Of a stretch of DNA of 64,000 bases, positions 1 to 9,207 are shown piece by piece (the stretch's first letter is position 1; the number at the start of each line of letters is the position of its first letter). Under the pieces are notes generated by a model. That model worked only from the letters and a program-made list of their open reading frames with translations. It was not told the DNA's origin and searched no databases. The position numbers and the translations under genes were made by a program. Origin of the DNA: an uncultured delta proteobacterium (lineage in GTDB: Bacteria; Desulfobacterota; BSN033; UBA1163); NCBI GenBank assembly GCA_963708295.1, contig CAVPSJ010000007.1, forward strand, positions 96,001 to 160,000, given 5' to 3'.

Positions 1-1
1 G

Positions 2-199
2 ATCGATATTATCAGAAAGGTGAAGGCCAGGGGCATTACGATCATGATTATCGAACATCACATGAAAGTGATCATGTCCCTTTCTGACCGGGTGGTCGTC
101 CTAAACTACGGCGAAAAGATCGCTGAAGGCACTCCTAAAGAAATAGGGAATAATCCCCTGGTCATTGAAGCTTACCTTGGAGAGGCAGAGAGTGCTTGA
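2..199 (+). CDS. livG: branched-chain amino acid-type ABC transporter ATP-binding subunit, C-terminal fragment (5' truncated by window edge)
   Basis: Manual translation from base 2: [65 protein letters not shown], with the H-loop (IEHH) and the LivG C-terminal VIEAYLG. Overlaps the livF start. Confidence 0.85.
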   Translation: MDIIRKVKARGITIMIIEHHMKVIMSLSDRVVVLNYGEKIAEGTPKEIGNNPLVIEAYLGEAESA

Positions 200-896
200 G
201 ATTAGAAATATTGACGTCTCCTACGGAGATGTCCAGGTCATCTGGAATGTCTCCTTTGAGGTGATCAAAGGTGAGATCGTCGCGTTGATCGGCGCAAACG
301 GAGCTGGAAAATCTACGATTCTAAGAGCCATCTCCGGCATCCTAAGACCCAAAAAGGGAGAGATTTTTTTCGAGGGCAAACCTATCTACACCTTAGACGC
401 TTTCAGGCTGATTGAACTCGGAATCGCCCACGTGCCAGAAGCCCGAAGGCTCTTTGTGGAAATGACGGTTGAAGAAAATCTGGACATGGGGTCCCTGAAA
501 GGAAAGGCGAGAACCCAGCGGGAGGAGACAAGAGAGATGGTCTTCGAGCTGCTGCCGAGGTTAAGAGAACGAAGGAGGCAGCTGGCTGGAACCTTAAGCG
601 GTGGAGAGCAACAGATGCTCGCCGTAGGAAGGGGGTTGATGTCATTACCCAAACTCCAGATGTTTGACGAGCCTTCCCTCGGACTTGCACCTCTTCTCGT
701 GAGAGATATCTTCAATACGATAAAAAAGATCAATAAAGAAGGGACAACCGTCCTCATTGTGGAACAGAATGTAAAACAGACCCTTTTGGTAGCCAGTCGA
801 GGATATGTGCTTGAAACGGGCAAGATAACCAATCAAGGAACAGGTCAGGCACTCCTCAGCGATGACCACATCAAGACAGCCTATCTCGGGGTTTAA
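192..896 (+). CDS. livF: branched-chain amino acid-type ABC transporter ATP-binding subunit
   Basis: Walker [17 protein letters not shown], signature [20 protein letters not shown]. Start set at GTG 192 (ORF track starts at 165). Confidence 0.92.
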   Translation: MLEIRNIDVSYGDVQVIWNVSFEVIKGEIVALIGANGAGKSTILRAISGILRPKKGEIFFEGKPIYTLDAFRLIELGIAHVPEARRLFVEMTVEENLDMGSLKGKARTQREETREMVFELLPRLRERRRQLAGTLSGGEQQMLAVGRGLMSLPKLQMFDEPSLGLAPLLVRDIFNTIKKINKEGTTVLIVEQNVKQTLLVASRGYVLETGKITNQGTGQALLSDDHIKTAYLGV

Positions 897-1286
897 TTCT
901 TCTTCATCTTCGCTCTACCCGTATCTTTTTTCGCCCCTTTTCTCATGCATGATATTTCTCCCACTTCATCCTTTATGACTCTTCAGTGTTTCACCGATCA
1001 TTGACTTACCTCTCATATTTCAAAAGTGATCTTCCTCTGTCCCTTGATCACCGGGGTCTGACGTGAACCAGAAAATGCTCTTCCTTGTGTGAAGGATACC
1101 ATAGGCCTCCTTCTTTTTCGCTCTACCTCTTTAGGACATTTTCCTCCGTCCCTTAATGGGTTAGGACTGCAGGGAAATCCGTTCCGTCTCCCTTTGACCT
1201 TCTTGGATTTTTCTGTCCAACCCCGGAAGCTCTCGCGATTTCTGACAATTGATCGATCGAGAGAGGGAAAAAGGTCCACGACGGAT

Positions 1287-1304
1287 TGTTCACTATAGTG
1301 AACA
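1287..1304. promoter_or_regulatory. palindromic operator, copy 1 (TGTTCACTATAGTGAACA), probable IclR-family site
   Basis: Perfect 18-bp palindrome; four related copies occur in the same region. Confidence 0.75.
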
Positions 1305-1351
1305 TCTGTATAATAATTTTATATATTGAATTCAGTACTTGTAAAAAAAGC

Positions 1352-1379
1352 TTGACAAACAAGAATTATATGCTAATAT
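1352..1379 (+). promoter_or_regulatory. sigma70-type promoter of the ferredoxin/AOR-like/anchor operon
   Basis: TTGACA-16 bp-TAATAT with an extended TG, in an AT-rich intergenic region. Confidence 0.65.
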
Positions 1380-1393
1380 TGATTTTAATAAGT

Positions 1394-1411
1394 TGTTCAC
1401 TATAAGGAACG
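1394..1411. promoter_or_regulatory. palindromic operator, copy 2 (TGTTCACTATAAGGAACG)
   Basis: Near-match to copy 1, just downstream of the -10 box (repressor position). Confidence 0.7.
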
Positions 1412-1429
1412 AATGCGGAGGTTATTCAG

Positions 1430-1903
1430 ATGAGCGCCATCTCCATCATTCCGGAACGATGTACTGGATGTCAATCCTGCGAAATGGCTTGCAGTCTCTC
1501 CCATGAGGGCTCTTGCAGTTCTTCCCTTTCGCGGATACGCATGAAGAAGTGGGAGGAGATATCCGTCTTCATCCCCACCGTCTGCCAGCACTGCGAGAAA
1601 CCCCCTTGCATGGATATCTGCCCGACGGGCGCCCGAAAGCGCGCCCCCGGAACCGATGCGATGGTAACGGACGAGAAACGATGCGTCGGCTGTAAGTCCT
1701 GCATTTATGCCTGCCCTTATGGTGCTCCGGCGATTCACCCTGCGACCAAGCGGACCATGACCTGCGACCTGTGCAAAGGCTCACCCGTCTGCACCCAGGT
1801 CTGCACCTCCGGTGCGCTTTCTTATATCCCTGAAGGAGATCCCTCGATGGAAAGGAAGAGGGCCTTCGGGCAAACCCTTTTTCATTCTATGAAAACAAGA
1901 TGA
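1430..1903 (+). CDS. 4Fe-4S dicluster protein (DmsB/CooF/AorA-like electron-transfer subunit)
   Basis: Four Cys groups: CTGCQSCEMAC, CQHCEKPPCMDICP, CVGCKSCIYACPYG, CDLC..C...C. RBS GGAGG. Confidence 0.9.
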   Translation: MSAISIIPERCTGCQSCEMACSLSHEGSCSSSLSRIRMKKWEEISVFIPTVCQHCEKPPCMDICPTGARKRAPGTDAMVTDEKRCVGCKSCIYACPYGAPAIHPATKRTMTCDLCKGSPVCTQVCTSGALSYIPEGDPSMERKRAFGQTLFHSMKTR

Positions 1904-1915
1904 GGAGGCACGGAC

Positions 1916-3427
1916 ATGGTCAAAGGATGGACAGGAAAAAGACTTCGCATCGATCTCAGCCTGCGGAAAGCATGGTCTGAGGATATTCCTTCGGGCGAGC
2001 TTCGTCAGTGGTTCGGCGGAAGAGGACTCAATGCCTCTTACTTCTCTCAACATTTCCAAACCCCGATCTCCCCTTCTTCCCCGGATAATCCGATCGCCTT
2101 TGCCGTGGGCCCCTTGACAGGAACCCTGGCCCCTTGTTCCGGATGGACGAGCATCGCATCCTTCTCACCCTTGTCAGAATTCCCCGTCTATGGTTTCACC
2201 CGGATGCCCGGTCACTTTGGAGCCTCTTTGAAAGCGGCGGGGTTTGACCAGTGCATCATCCAGGGAAAGGCGAATCGACCTGTCTCTCTTTGGATTGACA
2301 ACGGAGACGTCAAGTTCGAAAAAGCAGATCATCTCTGGGGGAAGGAGACCATTGAGACCGCAGTCACCCTTCAGGAGGAAAAGGGCGATCGAAGCATTGA
2401 GGTACTCTGCATTGGACCTGCAGGAGAGGGACAGATCCCTTTTGCCAATGTCATCCATCGTCTTTCCTGGACAGGGGACTTTCTCGGGTTGGGATACCTT
2501 TTCGGAGTGAAACAACTTAAAGCCATTGCGATCCGGGGAAAAAAACCGGTGGCCCTTCAGTATCCCCAGCAGTTCCTCAACCTCTGCCTCGCCTTAAAAG
2601 ACCAGATTCAGAAGGGGCAAAAGATGCGGAAGGTGAAAGAAGAGGGAGCGCTCTCTCTCCTTCGCCCAGAGGAAAGAGGAGATACAACAGAAGGCAATCG
2701 ATGGTTTTCTCCCGGCATGGAGAAACAATGGGCCGCCTCTTTATGGGCTAATCTCTCTGGCCGCGAAGGCTGCTTCTCATGTCCCGTTCATTGTGGCCGG
2801 AATATCCAGGATCAAGAAAAGTGTTTGGGCGGAGTTCATCTTGAGAAGGCATGGGATTTCGGACCCCAAATCGGCGTCTACAGCGGGGAGTGGACCTTGA
2901 AGCTTCAGCGTTTCTGTCAGGCCCAAGGCCTCGACCCTTTCCTGACGGCTTCTCTTCTGGGTAGGATCATGGAGGGGGACGAAACCGGAACTTTCTCAGA
3001 GAAAGATCCGAAGGGTACGGATGGTATTGAAGATCAAGGAGAAAAGGCCTTCACCCTTTTGTGTCGAATGATCGCCGGAGGCAAGAAGGAATTTCCTCTC
3101 TTCGCCCCTTCAACTTCCGAAAATGAAGACCTCGATATCCTGGCAGATGTCGTCTCATTTTGTATGATCGTGGTAAACCGCCTTAATCTGATGACAGTGT
3201 CAAATATTATCGACTTGATCAACGGAGCCACAGGGTATGCCCTAACGATTGAAGACCTGCAGGGTACGATTTCCCGTATTCGTCAAATGGAATCTCGCCT
3301 GCAGAACAAGAAAATTCATTGGAATGATCAATCCACCCTTCTCCATCTGGGGAAAGGTCAGATCAGTCAGATTTTGAGAAAGGAGGAACGTCGCAATGTA
3401 TCCATCCCTAACCGGACCGCTTCCTAG
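1916..3427 (+). CDS. aldehyde:ferredoxin oxidoreductase (AOR/WOR) family protein, shortened and degenerate
   Basis: AOR N-domain motifs (GWTGKRLRIDLS, FGGRGL, GPLTGT, LKAAGFD, IGPAGE, KQLKAIA) and GCFSCPVHC are present. GRGGxGAVMGSK, GPEYE and RGxxH are absent. Only 503 aa. Confidence 0.8.
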   Translation: MVKGWTGKRLRIDLSLRKAWSEDIPSGELRQWFGGRGLNASYFSQHFQTPISPSSPDNPIAFAVGPLTGTLAPCSGWTSIASFSPLSEFPVYGFTRMPGHFGASLKAAGFDQCIIQGKANRPVSLWIDNGDVKFEKADHLWGKETIETAVTLQEEKGDRSIEVLCIGPAGEGQIPFANVIHRLSWTGDFLGLGYLFGVKQLKAIAIRGKKPVALQYPQQFLNLCLALKDQIQKGQKMRKVKEEGALSLLRPEERGDTTEGNRWFSPGMEKQWAASLWANLSGREGCFSCPVHCGRNIQDQEKCLGGVHLEKAWDFGPQIGVYSGEWTLKLQRFCQAQGLDPFLTASLLGRIMEGDETGTFSEKDPKGTDGIEDQGEKAFTLLCRMIAGGKKEFPLFAPSTSENEDLDILADVVSFCMIVVNRLNLMTVSNIIDLINGATGYALTIEDLQGTISRIRQMESRLQNKKIHWNDQSTLLHLGKGQISQILRKEERRNVSIPNRTAS

Positions 3428-4340
3428 ACCATCTTACTTGAGGCTTCTTGAATATCAGAGACAAAGGATGGTGTTCCCGGCATATGCCGCAGATTTACCT
3501 CTGCTCCTTTTCATCTTCTTTTCACGGATTGCGGCTGGACTTTCCATCCTTTCGGTCGTTTTCCCTCATTCTGTTCTCTGGACGGGCTTGGCCCTTGGCT
3601 GCATGGGTTTGGCAACCGCTGCCTCCATTACGCATCTCACGGTGCCGACGCGTTTTTTTGCCATGATCATCAATCACCGTTCGCCTCTCGTCTGGGAAGT
3701 CCGTTTGGCGGGGGCCCTGACCGCTTCGCTCGGGGCACAGGTTTTATCTGGCCTAGGGCTTCTTCCGGGTTTCGGGGTTGTTCTCCCCTGGGCCAGCCTT
3801 TCCCTGGCCATCCTTTTCTTAATTTCAACCGGATGGGCTTATCAATTCTCCACACACCCCGCCTGGAAAACGAACATTCTCTTCGGCTATTATCTGGCTT
3901 CGGCTTCAATGACGGGATTTGCACTTTACTCCATCACATTCCCGAACCCCTTTTTTCGTCTCGTCACCGTGACTCTCCTATGCGCACAGGGTTTTCTCAT
4001 TCTTCTTTATCTGAACCATCTGTGCAAAACATCGTGGACCTCACTGAAAACGATCGATTCAGGCAGAGACCGAAGGATTTCGATGGCATTTCTCGGATCT
4101 GTCCTTCTTCTCCCCGCTCTGATTACTTTCACCCCACTCTTCACGGAAAATCTGGGGTTATTTTCAGCAGTTCTGGCATTGAGCAACGGGGTGGGAATTG
4201 TTTTTGAGCGGATTCTCTTCTTCAGGTTGGAGCAACCCGTCTTTTTCCTTTCCAGGGGTCAACATCCAGAAGCGACGACGATCAAATTCGATACGGCATT
4301 GGCAGGCGATACGGCGAAGCTTAATGCAGAGATTCTTTGA
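3396..4340 (+). CDS. DmsC/NrfD-like polytopic membrane anchor subunit
   Basis: About 8 hydrophobic segments; ASITHLTVPTRF...SPLVWEV and a terminal ERILFF resemble the DmsC motifs HLGxPxRa..SxLSxE and ERxxF. Confidence 0.7.
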   Translation: MYPSLTGPLPRPSYLRLLEYQRQRMVFPAYAADLPLLLFIFFSRIAAGLSILSVVFPHSVLWTGLALGCMGLATAASITHLTVPTRFFAMIINHRSPLVWEVRLAGALTASLGAQVLSGLGLLPGFGVVLPWASLSLAILFLISTGWAYQFSTHPAWKTNILFGYYLASASMTGFALYSITFPNPFFRLVTVTLLCAQGFLILLYLNHLCKTSWTSLKTIDSGRDRRISMAFLGSVLLLPALITFTPLFTENLGLFSAVLALSNGVGIVFERILFFRLEQPVFFLSRGQHPEATTIKFDTALAGDTAKLNAEIL

Positions 4341-5079
4341 TCTCCCGGGCAGCCTCTTGTACTTCTCGGATCACCGTCTTCACTTTCTGATCATCCAGCG
4401 TAGAGGTAAAACCGACCACCCATAAGGCCGCCGGAGGCGAGGAACGCAAGACCAAGGGGGCAGCCACCGCCCGGACGCCGGGGATGTATTCTTCGTCGTC
4501 TACGGCGTGTCCTTGCGCTTTCACTTTTTCAATCTCTCTGAGAAACTGTCTCTGATCGATCACCGTCTTCGACGTGTAACGGGCCAAGCCCTTCCTCTGT
4601 ACCATTTCTCGTGCCTTCTCTTTCTCTATCTGTGAAAGAAGGACTCGACCGGTCGCCCCTGCGAGAAGGGGAAGCCTCGTTCCGGGAGGAGAGGTGATTT
4701 TCATCTCGTTCCGGGATTCGACCATATCGACAATGGTAACGTGGTCTCCGTTTAAAACCCCCAGAAAAACGGTCTCCCCCACTTTCGCCATTAACTTCTC
4801 CATTGGCTTTCGGGCTAAATCCTTGAGATCGATCTTTGCGTAGGCGGTCCTGCAGAGTTCCAGGAGACTGTAGCCTACCGTATACCGCTTTTGAAGGGGG
4901 TCACGAACCAGAACGCCCAACTCTTCCAGGGCCGTGGTGATCCCATGAACAGTGCTCTTTCCTATCTTCAGTTTCTTTGAGAGATCACTTATGCCCAGAC
5001 CGCTTGAGGCATCTGAGATTGCATAAAGAATCTTAAAAGCTTTCTTGACCGAAGGCGCCGAATAAGTAATTTTTTTCAT
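4321..5079 (-). CDS. IclR-family transcriptional regulator
   Basis: SVKKAFKIL N-terminus, HTH (ISDLSKKLKIGKSTVHGI), GETVFLG, GTRLPLLAGATGRV, DDEEYIPGVRAVAAP. Confidence 0.93.
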   Translation of the reverse strand: MKKITYSAPSVKKAFKILYAISDASSGLGISDLSKKLKIGKSTVHGITTALEELGVLVRDPLQKRYTVGYSLLELCRTAYAKIDLKDLARKPMEKLMAKVGETVFLGVLNGDHVTIVDMVESRNEMKITSPPGTRLPLLAGATGRVLLSQIEKEKAREMVQRKGLARYTSKTVIDQRQFLREIEKVKAQGHAVDDEEYIPGVRAVAAPLVLRSSPPAALWVVGFTSTLDDQKVKTVIREVQEAAREIKESLH

Positions 5080-5104
5080 GGATTCGCCGACTTGAACTTT
5101 TTGA

Positions 5105-5134
5105 AAGATATCAGATTCGTATCGCCCCTGTCAA
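5105..5134 (-). promoter_or_regulatory. sigma70-type promoter of the IclR gene
   Basis: Minus strand TTGACA-18 bp-TATCTT with an extended TG. Confidence 0.5.
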
Positions 5135-5592
5135 TAGATCCTCATCGTTTGGGCAGTTTCCGTCCTTCCTAGCCAGGAGACTAGACAACCCTCTCTCCGA
5201 AGACTTCATCACGCCAGCTTCAGACGTATCACGGCACCCATCCCCTCCCGATCCCAGAGATTTTTCTCTCTTTTGGAAATGAATCTCATCCCTCCCGGGC
5301 TTATCTTCGGGTTTGATTCCAATATCAGTGAAGATGACTCATCCCGTTCCAATACAACCGCATACTACTGCTTTGGCCGGAACGTGCCCCTTGGCCTCGT
5401 CTTGAAGGGGAAGCTAAGCGGCGCAATACAAATGAGAGTACATTCCCTTGCGGCAGGAGCGCCGCTCTTGGCGGCAAACTTCCCAACTTGCCTGTCCATG
5501 CCCCTCCCACCTTCTTATTCCTCCGTGGTTTGAAAAACTACGACACGTCAAGCTTTCCACTGTTTTTTCTCAAGGCTCCGCTTTTCAAAATC

Positions 5593-5620
5593 TTGACAAA
5601 AGGATTGTATGTGATATGAT
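5593..5620 (+). promoter_or_regulatory. sigma70-type promoter of the NrfD/ferredoxin operon
   Basis: TTGACA-16 bp-TATGAT with an extended TG. Confidence 0.7.
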
Positions 5621-5636
5621 TAACTGCAATTTAGCT

Positions 5637-5654
5637 TGTTCACTCTGAAGAACT
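5637..5654. promoter_or_regulatory. palindromic operator, copy 3 (TGTTCACTCTGAAGAACT)
   Basis: Same GTTCAC..GAAC frame and a similar position after the -10 box as copy 2. Confidence 0.65.
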
Positions 5655-5743
5655 CTCGACCTTCTTGCAGAGCAGACGAGGCATCGAGGAAAGAATCCGT
5701 GATTTAGTCCAGAAGACACCTATTCTTAATCTGGGGGACAGGA

Positions 5744-6790
5744 ATGGCGGCAGAAAATATTAATCCCATGAGAAACGTACGGCATCTCAGGCCACAAAAA
5801 GAATGGAAGGAGATTATTGCCCTTTACCTTTACCTTGCAGGCATGGGTGCCGGCTCTTTTGTCATCGGTACGCTGATCAGCTGGATCGCCCCCCGACTCG
5901 CCCCTCCTTTCCTCTCCTCCATCACTCTCTTCGGCTATTCCCTCAACCTTTCAGAGGTCCCGATTTTTTGGGGACCGATCATGGTTGCCATCGGCGCGCC
6001 GTTTCTTATTTTTGACCTGGGAATCAAATGGAGATTTATGTATGCGTGCTTGAATCCCAGAACCTCCTGGGTGGCCCGTGGGTTTATCATCCTCTCCATC
6101 TTCATCGTTTTGGGACTGATTCTCCTTGCTAAATCCATTCTTCCGTTTGACTGGCTCCATGCAAATTCCCCCCTGTGGCGAATCCCCGAGGTCATTGCGC
6201 TGGTCTTCGCTTTCGCGACCGCCATTTACACCGGAATCCTGTTAAAGGCGACGAAATCGGTCCCTTTGTGGAATACCCGTCTGCTCCCCATCCTCTTTCT
6301 GGTATCTGCACTCTCCACGGGGTCCATGTCTATCATCCTTTCCACTTTGGGAAGCGGTTTTTTCCCCCACGACGCCGGACCCCTGAAAGTCTTGATGGTT
6401 GGAGAACAAGTTCTGGTGGTGATTGAAGGAATCGTCCTTTATCTTTTCCTTTCCCGGAGATACAGGGCTGCGGAACAGGGAAAAGAATCGGTGCGTCTTC
6501 TTCTATTTGGCGAGATGAAAATGATCTTCTGGGGAGGAGTGGTCTTGCTGGGTTTCATCTTCCCCGTCGTCCTTGAATCTATTGCGTCATTCTTTCCTGG
6601 AAATTTTGTGTTGATCTTTACTGCCGGCGTCTTTCTGCTCTGTGGCGGGTTTTTCCTCCGGCTCGGTATCCTTCACGCCGGAATCAAGGATCAGATTCCG
6701 ATGCATCGGCTGATGGAAATCCAATATAACATGTTGGCTGGCAGAACGAAGGCCTTCGCAGGAGGAAAACTGAATTCCCCGGAAGCATAA
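5744..6790 (+). CDS. NrfD/PsrC-family membrane anchor (quinone-interacting subunit)
   Basis: W..IALYLYLAGMGAG, FDLG....F, SWVARG, YTGILL....VPLWNT..LP.LFLVSALSTG, GGFFLR are all NrfD signatures. Confidence 0.9.
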   Translation: MAAENINPMRNVRHLRPQKEWKEIIALYLYLAGMGAGSFVIGTLISWIAPRLAPPFLSSITLFGYSLNLSEVPIFWGPIMVAIGAPFLIFDLGIKWRFMYACLNPRTSWVARGFIILSIFIVLGLILLAKSILPFDWLHANSPLWRIPEVIALVFAFATAIYTGILLKATKSVPLWNTRLLPILFLVSALSTGSMSIILSTLGSGFFPHDAGPLKVLMVGEQVLVVIEGIVLYLFLSRRYRAAEQGKESVRLLLFGEMKMIFWGGVVLLGFIFPVVLESIASFFPGNFVLIFTAGVFLLCGGFFLRLGILHAGIKDQIPMHRLMEIQYNMLAGRTKAFAGGKLNSPEA

Positions 6791-6915
6791 GAGATCTTAC
6801 AGGGAGTAAACACGGGATTGCTGATGTGTTCTTTGTGAGTCGCAAGACTTCTCAATCTCATGAATGATGGTCGTTTGCGCGAATCACGATTCCAGCAAAA
6901 AGAGGGAGGAAAGTA

Positions 6916-7401
6916 ATGGACCAAAAGGTATTGGTCGTCGATCAGCAAAGGTGCACGGGATGCCGTCTGTGCGAGTTGGTGTGCTCGGTGTTTCATACAG
7001 GAACAAGCAATCCAAGTCGCGCGCGGGTCAAAATTATCAAGTGGGAGGATGAGGGATTATACCTTCCCATGGCCTGCAATCACTGCGAGAAAGCCTATTG
7101 CGTCGAGGTTTGCCCGACAAAGGCTTGTCATCGGGAGTCTGAAAATAATAATCGGGTGACCATCGACAAAAATTTGTGCATTGGATGCAGGACCTGCATC
7201 ATCGCCTGCCCCTTTGGCCATCCTTTCTTCGATACCCAGGAACGGGTCACCGTGAAATGCGATTATTGTGACGGAGATCCGCAGTGTGTTCGCTTCTGTG
7301 ATATCAAGGCCATCTCTTTTACGGATGCAGACAAGACAAACGTGGTCAAAAAGCGAGAGGCTGCGTTGAAGTTTAGAAAATCGATCAATCCGCCAAGATA
7401 G
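6916..7401 (+). CDS. 4Fe-4S dicluster protein (AOR-associated)
   Basis: CTGCRLCELVC, CNHCEKAYCVEVCP, CIGCRTCIIACPFG, KCDYCDGDPQCVRFC. Close paralogue of 11439..11948. Confidence 0.9.
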   Translation: MDQKVLVVDQQRCTGCRLCELVCSVFHTGTSNPSRARVKIIKWEDEGLYLPMACNHCEKAYCVEVCPTKACHRESENNNRVTIDKNLCIGCRTCIIACPFGHPFFDTQERVTVKCDYCDGDPQCVRFCDIKAISFTDADKTNVVKKREAALKFRKSINPPR

Positions 7402-7404
7402 CCG

Positions 7405-7436
7405 ACACCCTGCTGCCCTCCGCGGCAGGGTGTTTT
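7405..7436 (+). terminator. intrinsic terminator
   Basis: ACACCCTGCTGC-loop-GCGGCAGGGTGT followed by TTT, immediately after the stop codon. Confidence 0.65.
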
Positions 7437-7495
7437 ATAAAACCTCCTGGTCGCTTCGTTGCCTTCCTCAACCGCTTACGTACGGCAGCTTTTCA

Positions 7496-7524
7496 TTGAA
7501 CCCGTTTCCCAAATGTGACATAGT
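7496..7524 (+). promoter_or_regulatory. putative promoter giving a leaderless transcript of the radical-SAM gene
   Basis: TTGAAC-17 bp-CATAGT with an extended TG. Predicted +1 falls on the ATG at 7531, which has no SD sequence. Confidence 0.45.
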
Positions 7525-7530
7525 AAAAAC

Positions 7531-8847
7531 ATGATCTTCTTCACGCACCATACGAGCGAGCCTCATGGAATATTAGGGGCTCAAGTGGCGGCAACGTTCT
7601 TCGCTCGAAAACTCTTGATACCCGCCATCGTCGTCGGGATCGAGCGGAGCTTCTCGAGCGACCGGCTCCTTCGTTTCGTGGATGAATACTACGCAGGAAA
7701 GCAAAAGATCGCGGCCTTTTCACATCTCTGTGGTAGAAAAGATCTCATGAAACTGATTCAGGAGCTGAAGCAGAAGGGGTTCATCACTCTCCTGGGGGGA
7801 CCGCAGTCCCGTCAGGATTATGTCGGCGAGCCAGATGCGAACTCGCATCCACACCGGTTCGGAGGGCTGAAATCCGCGGTCGATATCGCCTTTCATGGCC
7901 CGGTGAATCTCCTCAAACCCGAACATCTGGAAGGGGGGCAAGTGCTCCTCGATTACCCGTGGACAAACAACATCTTCCTGGAGGTTGACTGGTCGAACAT
8001 CTATACGTTCTCCGACACCCCGCGGAAGCTTGATGTTAAGATGGGACAAGTGCTGAATACGATCGGCTGCGCGTACGCCTGCAAGCCTCAGACAATAATT
8101 CTTCCGCCGCCGACTGACCTCCGCGAAAAAGGTGTTGCGGAATTTGAAGTTCGGAGCGAAGGATGCATTTTCTGCGACGTCTCACGGGATAAGGGTTACC
8201 ACGGCGCCTTAGATCGTGACAGGCTTATGGCTCAAATTGAAGGGCTTCCTGAGGTTGACGGAAGAAAGATTCCCTTTGAACTGATAGATGAATATCCCAT
8301 TCGCTCTCTCGGAAAGCTGATCGAGGACGCTCAACGCCATGAGATCAAGCTATCGCAGATCAACCTGGTCTGTCGGGTCGACGACGTCAATGTGCATGCC
8401 TCCGACCTCCCGGAAATCCTTTCCCTCGCAAGAAGTGAGGATATAAAAATCATGTTTTCGTCGATCGGGTTTGAATCGTTCAGCGATCGGTTGCTTCAAT
8501 ATTTCTGTAAAGGGATTTCCGTGGAAGACATCGTGAAATGTGTCGAAACGCTGCGCCGATTGAAAGACCGGTACGGCAGCACCTTCCTCTACCGACGGGA
8601 TGAGGGGGCAAATCACGGTTTTATTCGTCCCACGCCCTGGGATGACAGCGAAACGATGCAGGAAGTGGACAGAAATATATTTCTCCACCGGTTCTTTGAA
8701 GATATTCTTCCCGAACACAGCACTCCCCTCATCATACACCACGCGTCTTACCTTGGAGACTGGATCCGTCAGATCGAATCGGCAACAGACATCACGTTCA
8801 GCAGGGAGGGCACCTGGATAGAATGGTGGAACCCATCCTTCAGATAG
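7531..8847 (+). CDS. radical-SAM-like protein with a B12-binding-type N-terminal region and an atypical Cys motif
   Basis: LLGGPQ, GCAYAC-X26-GCIFC, SIGFESFSDRLL...KG.SVEDI, HGFIRPTPW parallel the GGxH, CxxxCxxC, GxES and FIxGxP motifs of B12-dependent radical SAM enzymes. Confidence 0.7.
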   Translation: MIFFTHHTSEPHGILGAQVAATFFARKLLIPAIVVGIERSFSSDRLLRFVDEYYAGKQKIAAFSHLCGRKDLMKLIQELKQKGFITLLGGPQSRQDYVGEPDANSHPHRFGGLKSAVDIAFHGPVNLLKPEHLEGGQVLLDYPWTNNIFLEVDWSNIYTFSDTPRKLDVKMGQVLNTIGCAYACKPQTIILPPPTDLREKGVAEFEVRSEGCIFCDVSRDKGYHGALDRDRLMAQIEGLPEVDGRKIPFELIDEYPIRSLGKLIEDAQRHEIKLSQINLVCRVDDVNVHASDLPEILSLARSEDIKIMFSSIGFESFSDRLLQYFCKGISVEDIVKCVETLRRLKDRYGSTFLYRRDEGANHGFIRPTPWDDSETMQEVDRNIFLHRFFEDILPEHSTPLIIHHASYLGDWIRQIESATDITFSREGTWIEWWNPSFR

Positions 8848-8899
8848 GAAGAGGATGAATCGGGATGACCCAGCGAAGGATGCCCTCGTCTTGTCAGAA

Positions 8900-8917
8900 G
8901 GTTCACTATCGTGAACA
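8900..8917. promoter_or_regulatory. palindromic operator, copy 4 (GGTTCACTATCGTGAACA)
   Basis: Two mismatches to copy 1; lies upstream of the AOR operon promoter. Confidence 0.75.
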
Positions 8918-9068
8918 TTCTCCCCAACGCAAGCTGGATGTCGAGAAAGAAACGACCAATTCGTACAAATAATTACTCATTCTTGAAAACTCTTACCCAA
9001 TCGATAGCCGGGCTTTAAACTTTAAAAACCTGCTTAGATATCCATAGGTTATAAAAATAAAGTTTGTC

Positions 9069-9097
9069 TTGACAAAGAGGTGAATTTCGTTTAATAA
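9069..9097 (+). promoter_or_regulatory. sigma70-type promoter of the Zn-ribbon/AOR/ferredoxin operon
   Basis: TTGACA at 9069 followed by an AT-rich -10 region (exact hexamer ambiguous). Confidence 0.5.
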
Positions 9098-9119
9098 GAA
9101 GTTGTAGTATTTTTTTAGC

Positions 9120-9137
9120 CGTTCACCATTATGAACG
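9120..9137. promoter_or_regulatory. palindromic operator, copy 5 (CGTTCACCATTATGAACG)
   Basis: GTTCA-N6-TGAAC core, downstream of the promoter. Confidence 0.7.
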
Positions 9138-9207
9138 CGTCTCGGAGCACGACGGAGACCTGAAGCCCATCTATCATTCATCTTCTGCCTTAAGAAAGGA
9201 GGTTGTC

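Noticed and set aside
900-1279. Short minus-strand ORFs with SD-like sequences (e.g. 1013..1102, 966..1001)
   Set aside because: They are very short with no recognisable motif, and the purine-rich strand generates SD-like words by chance.
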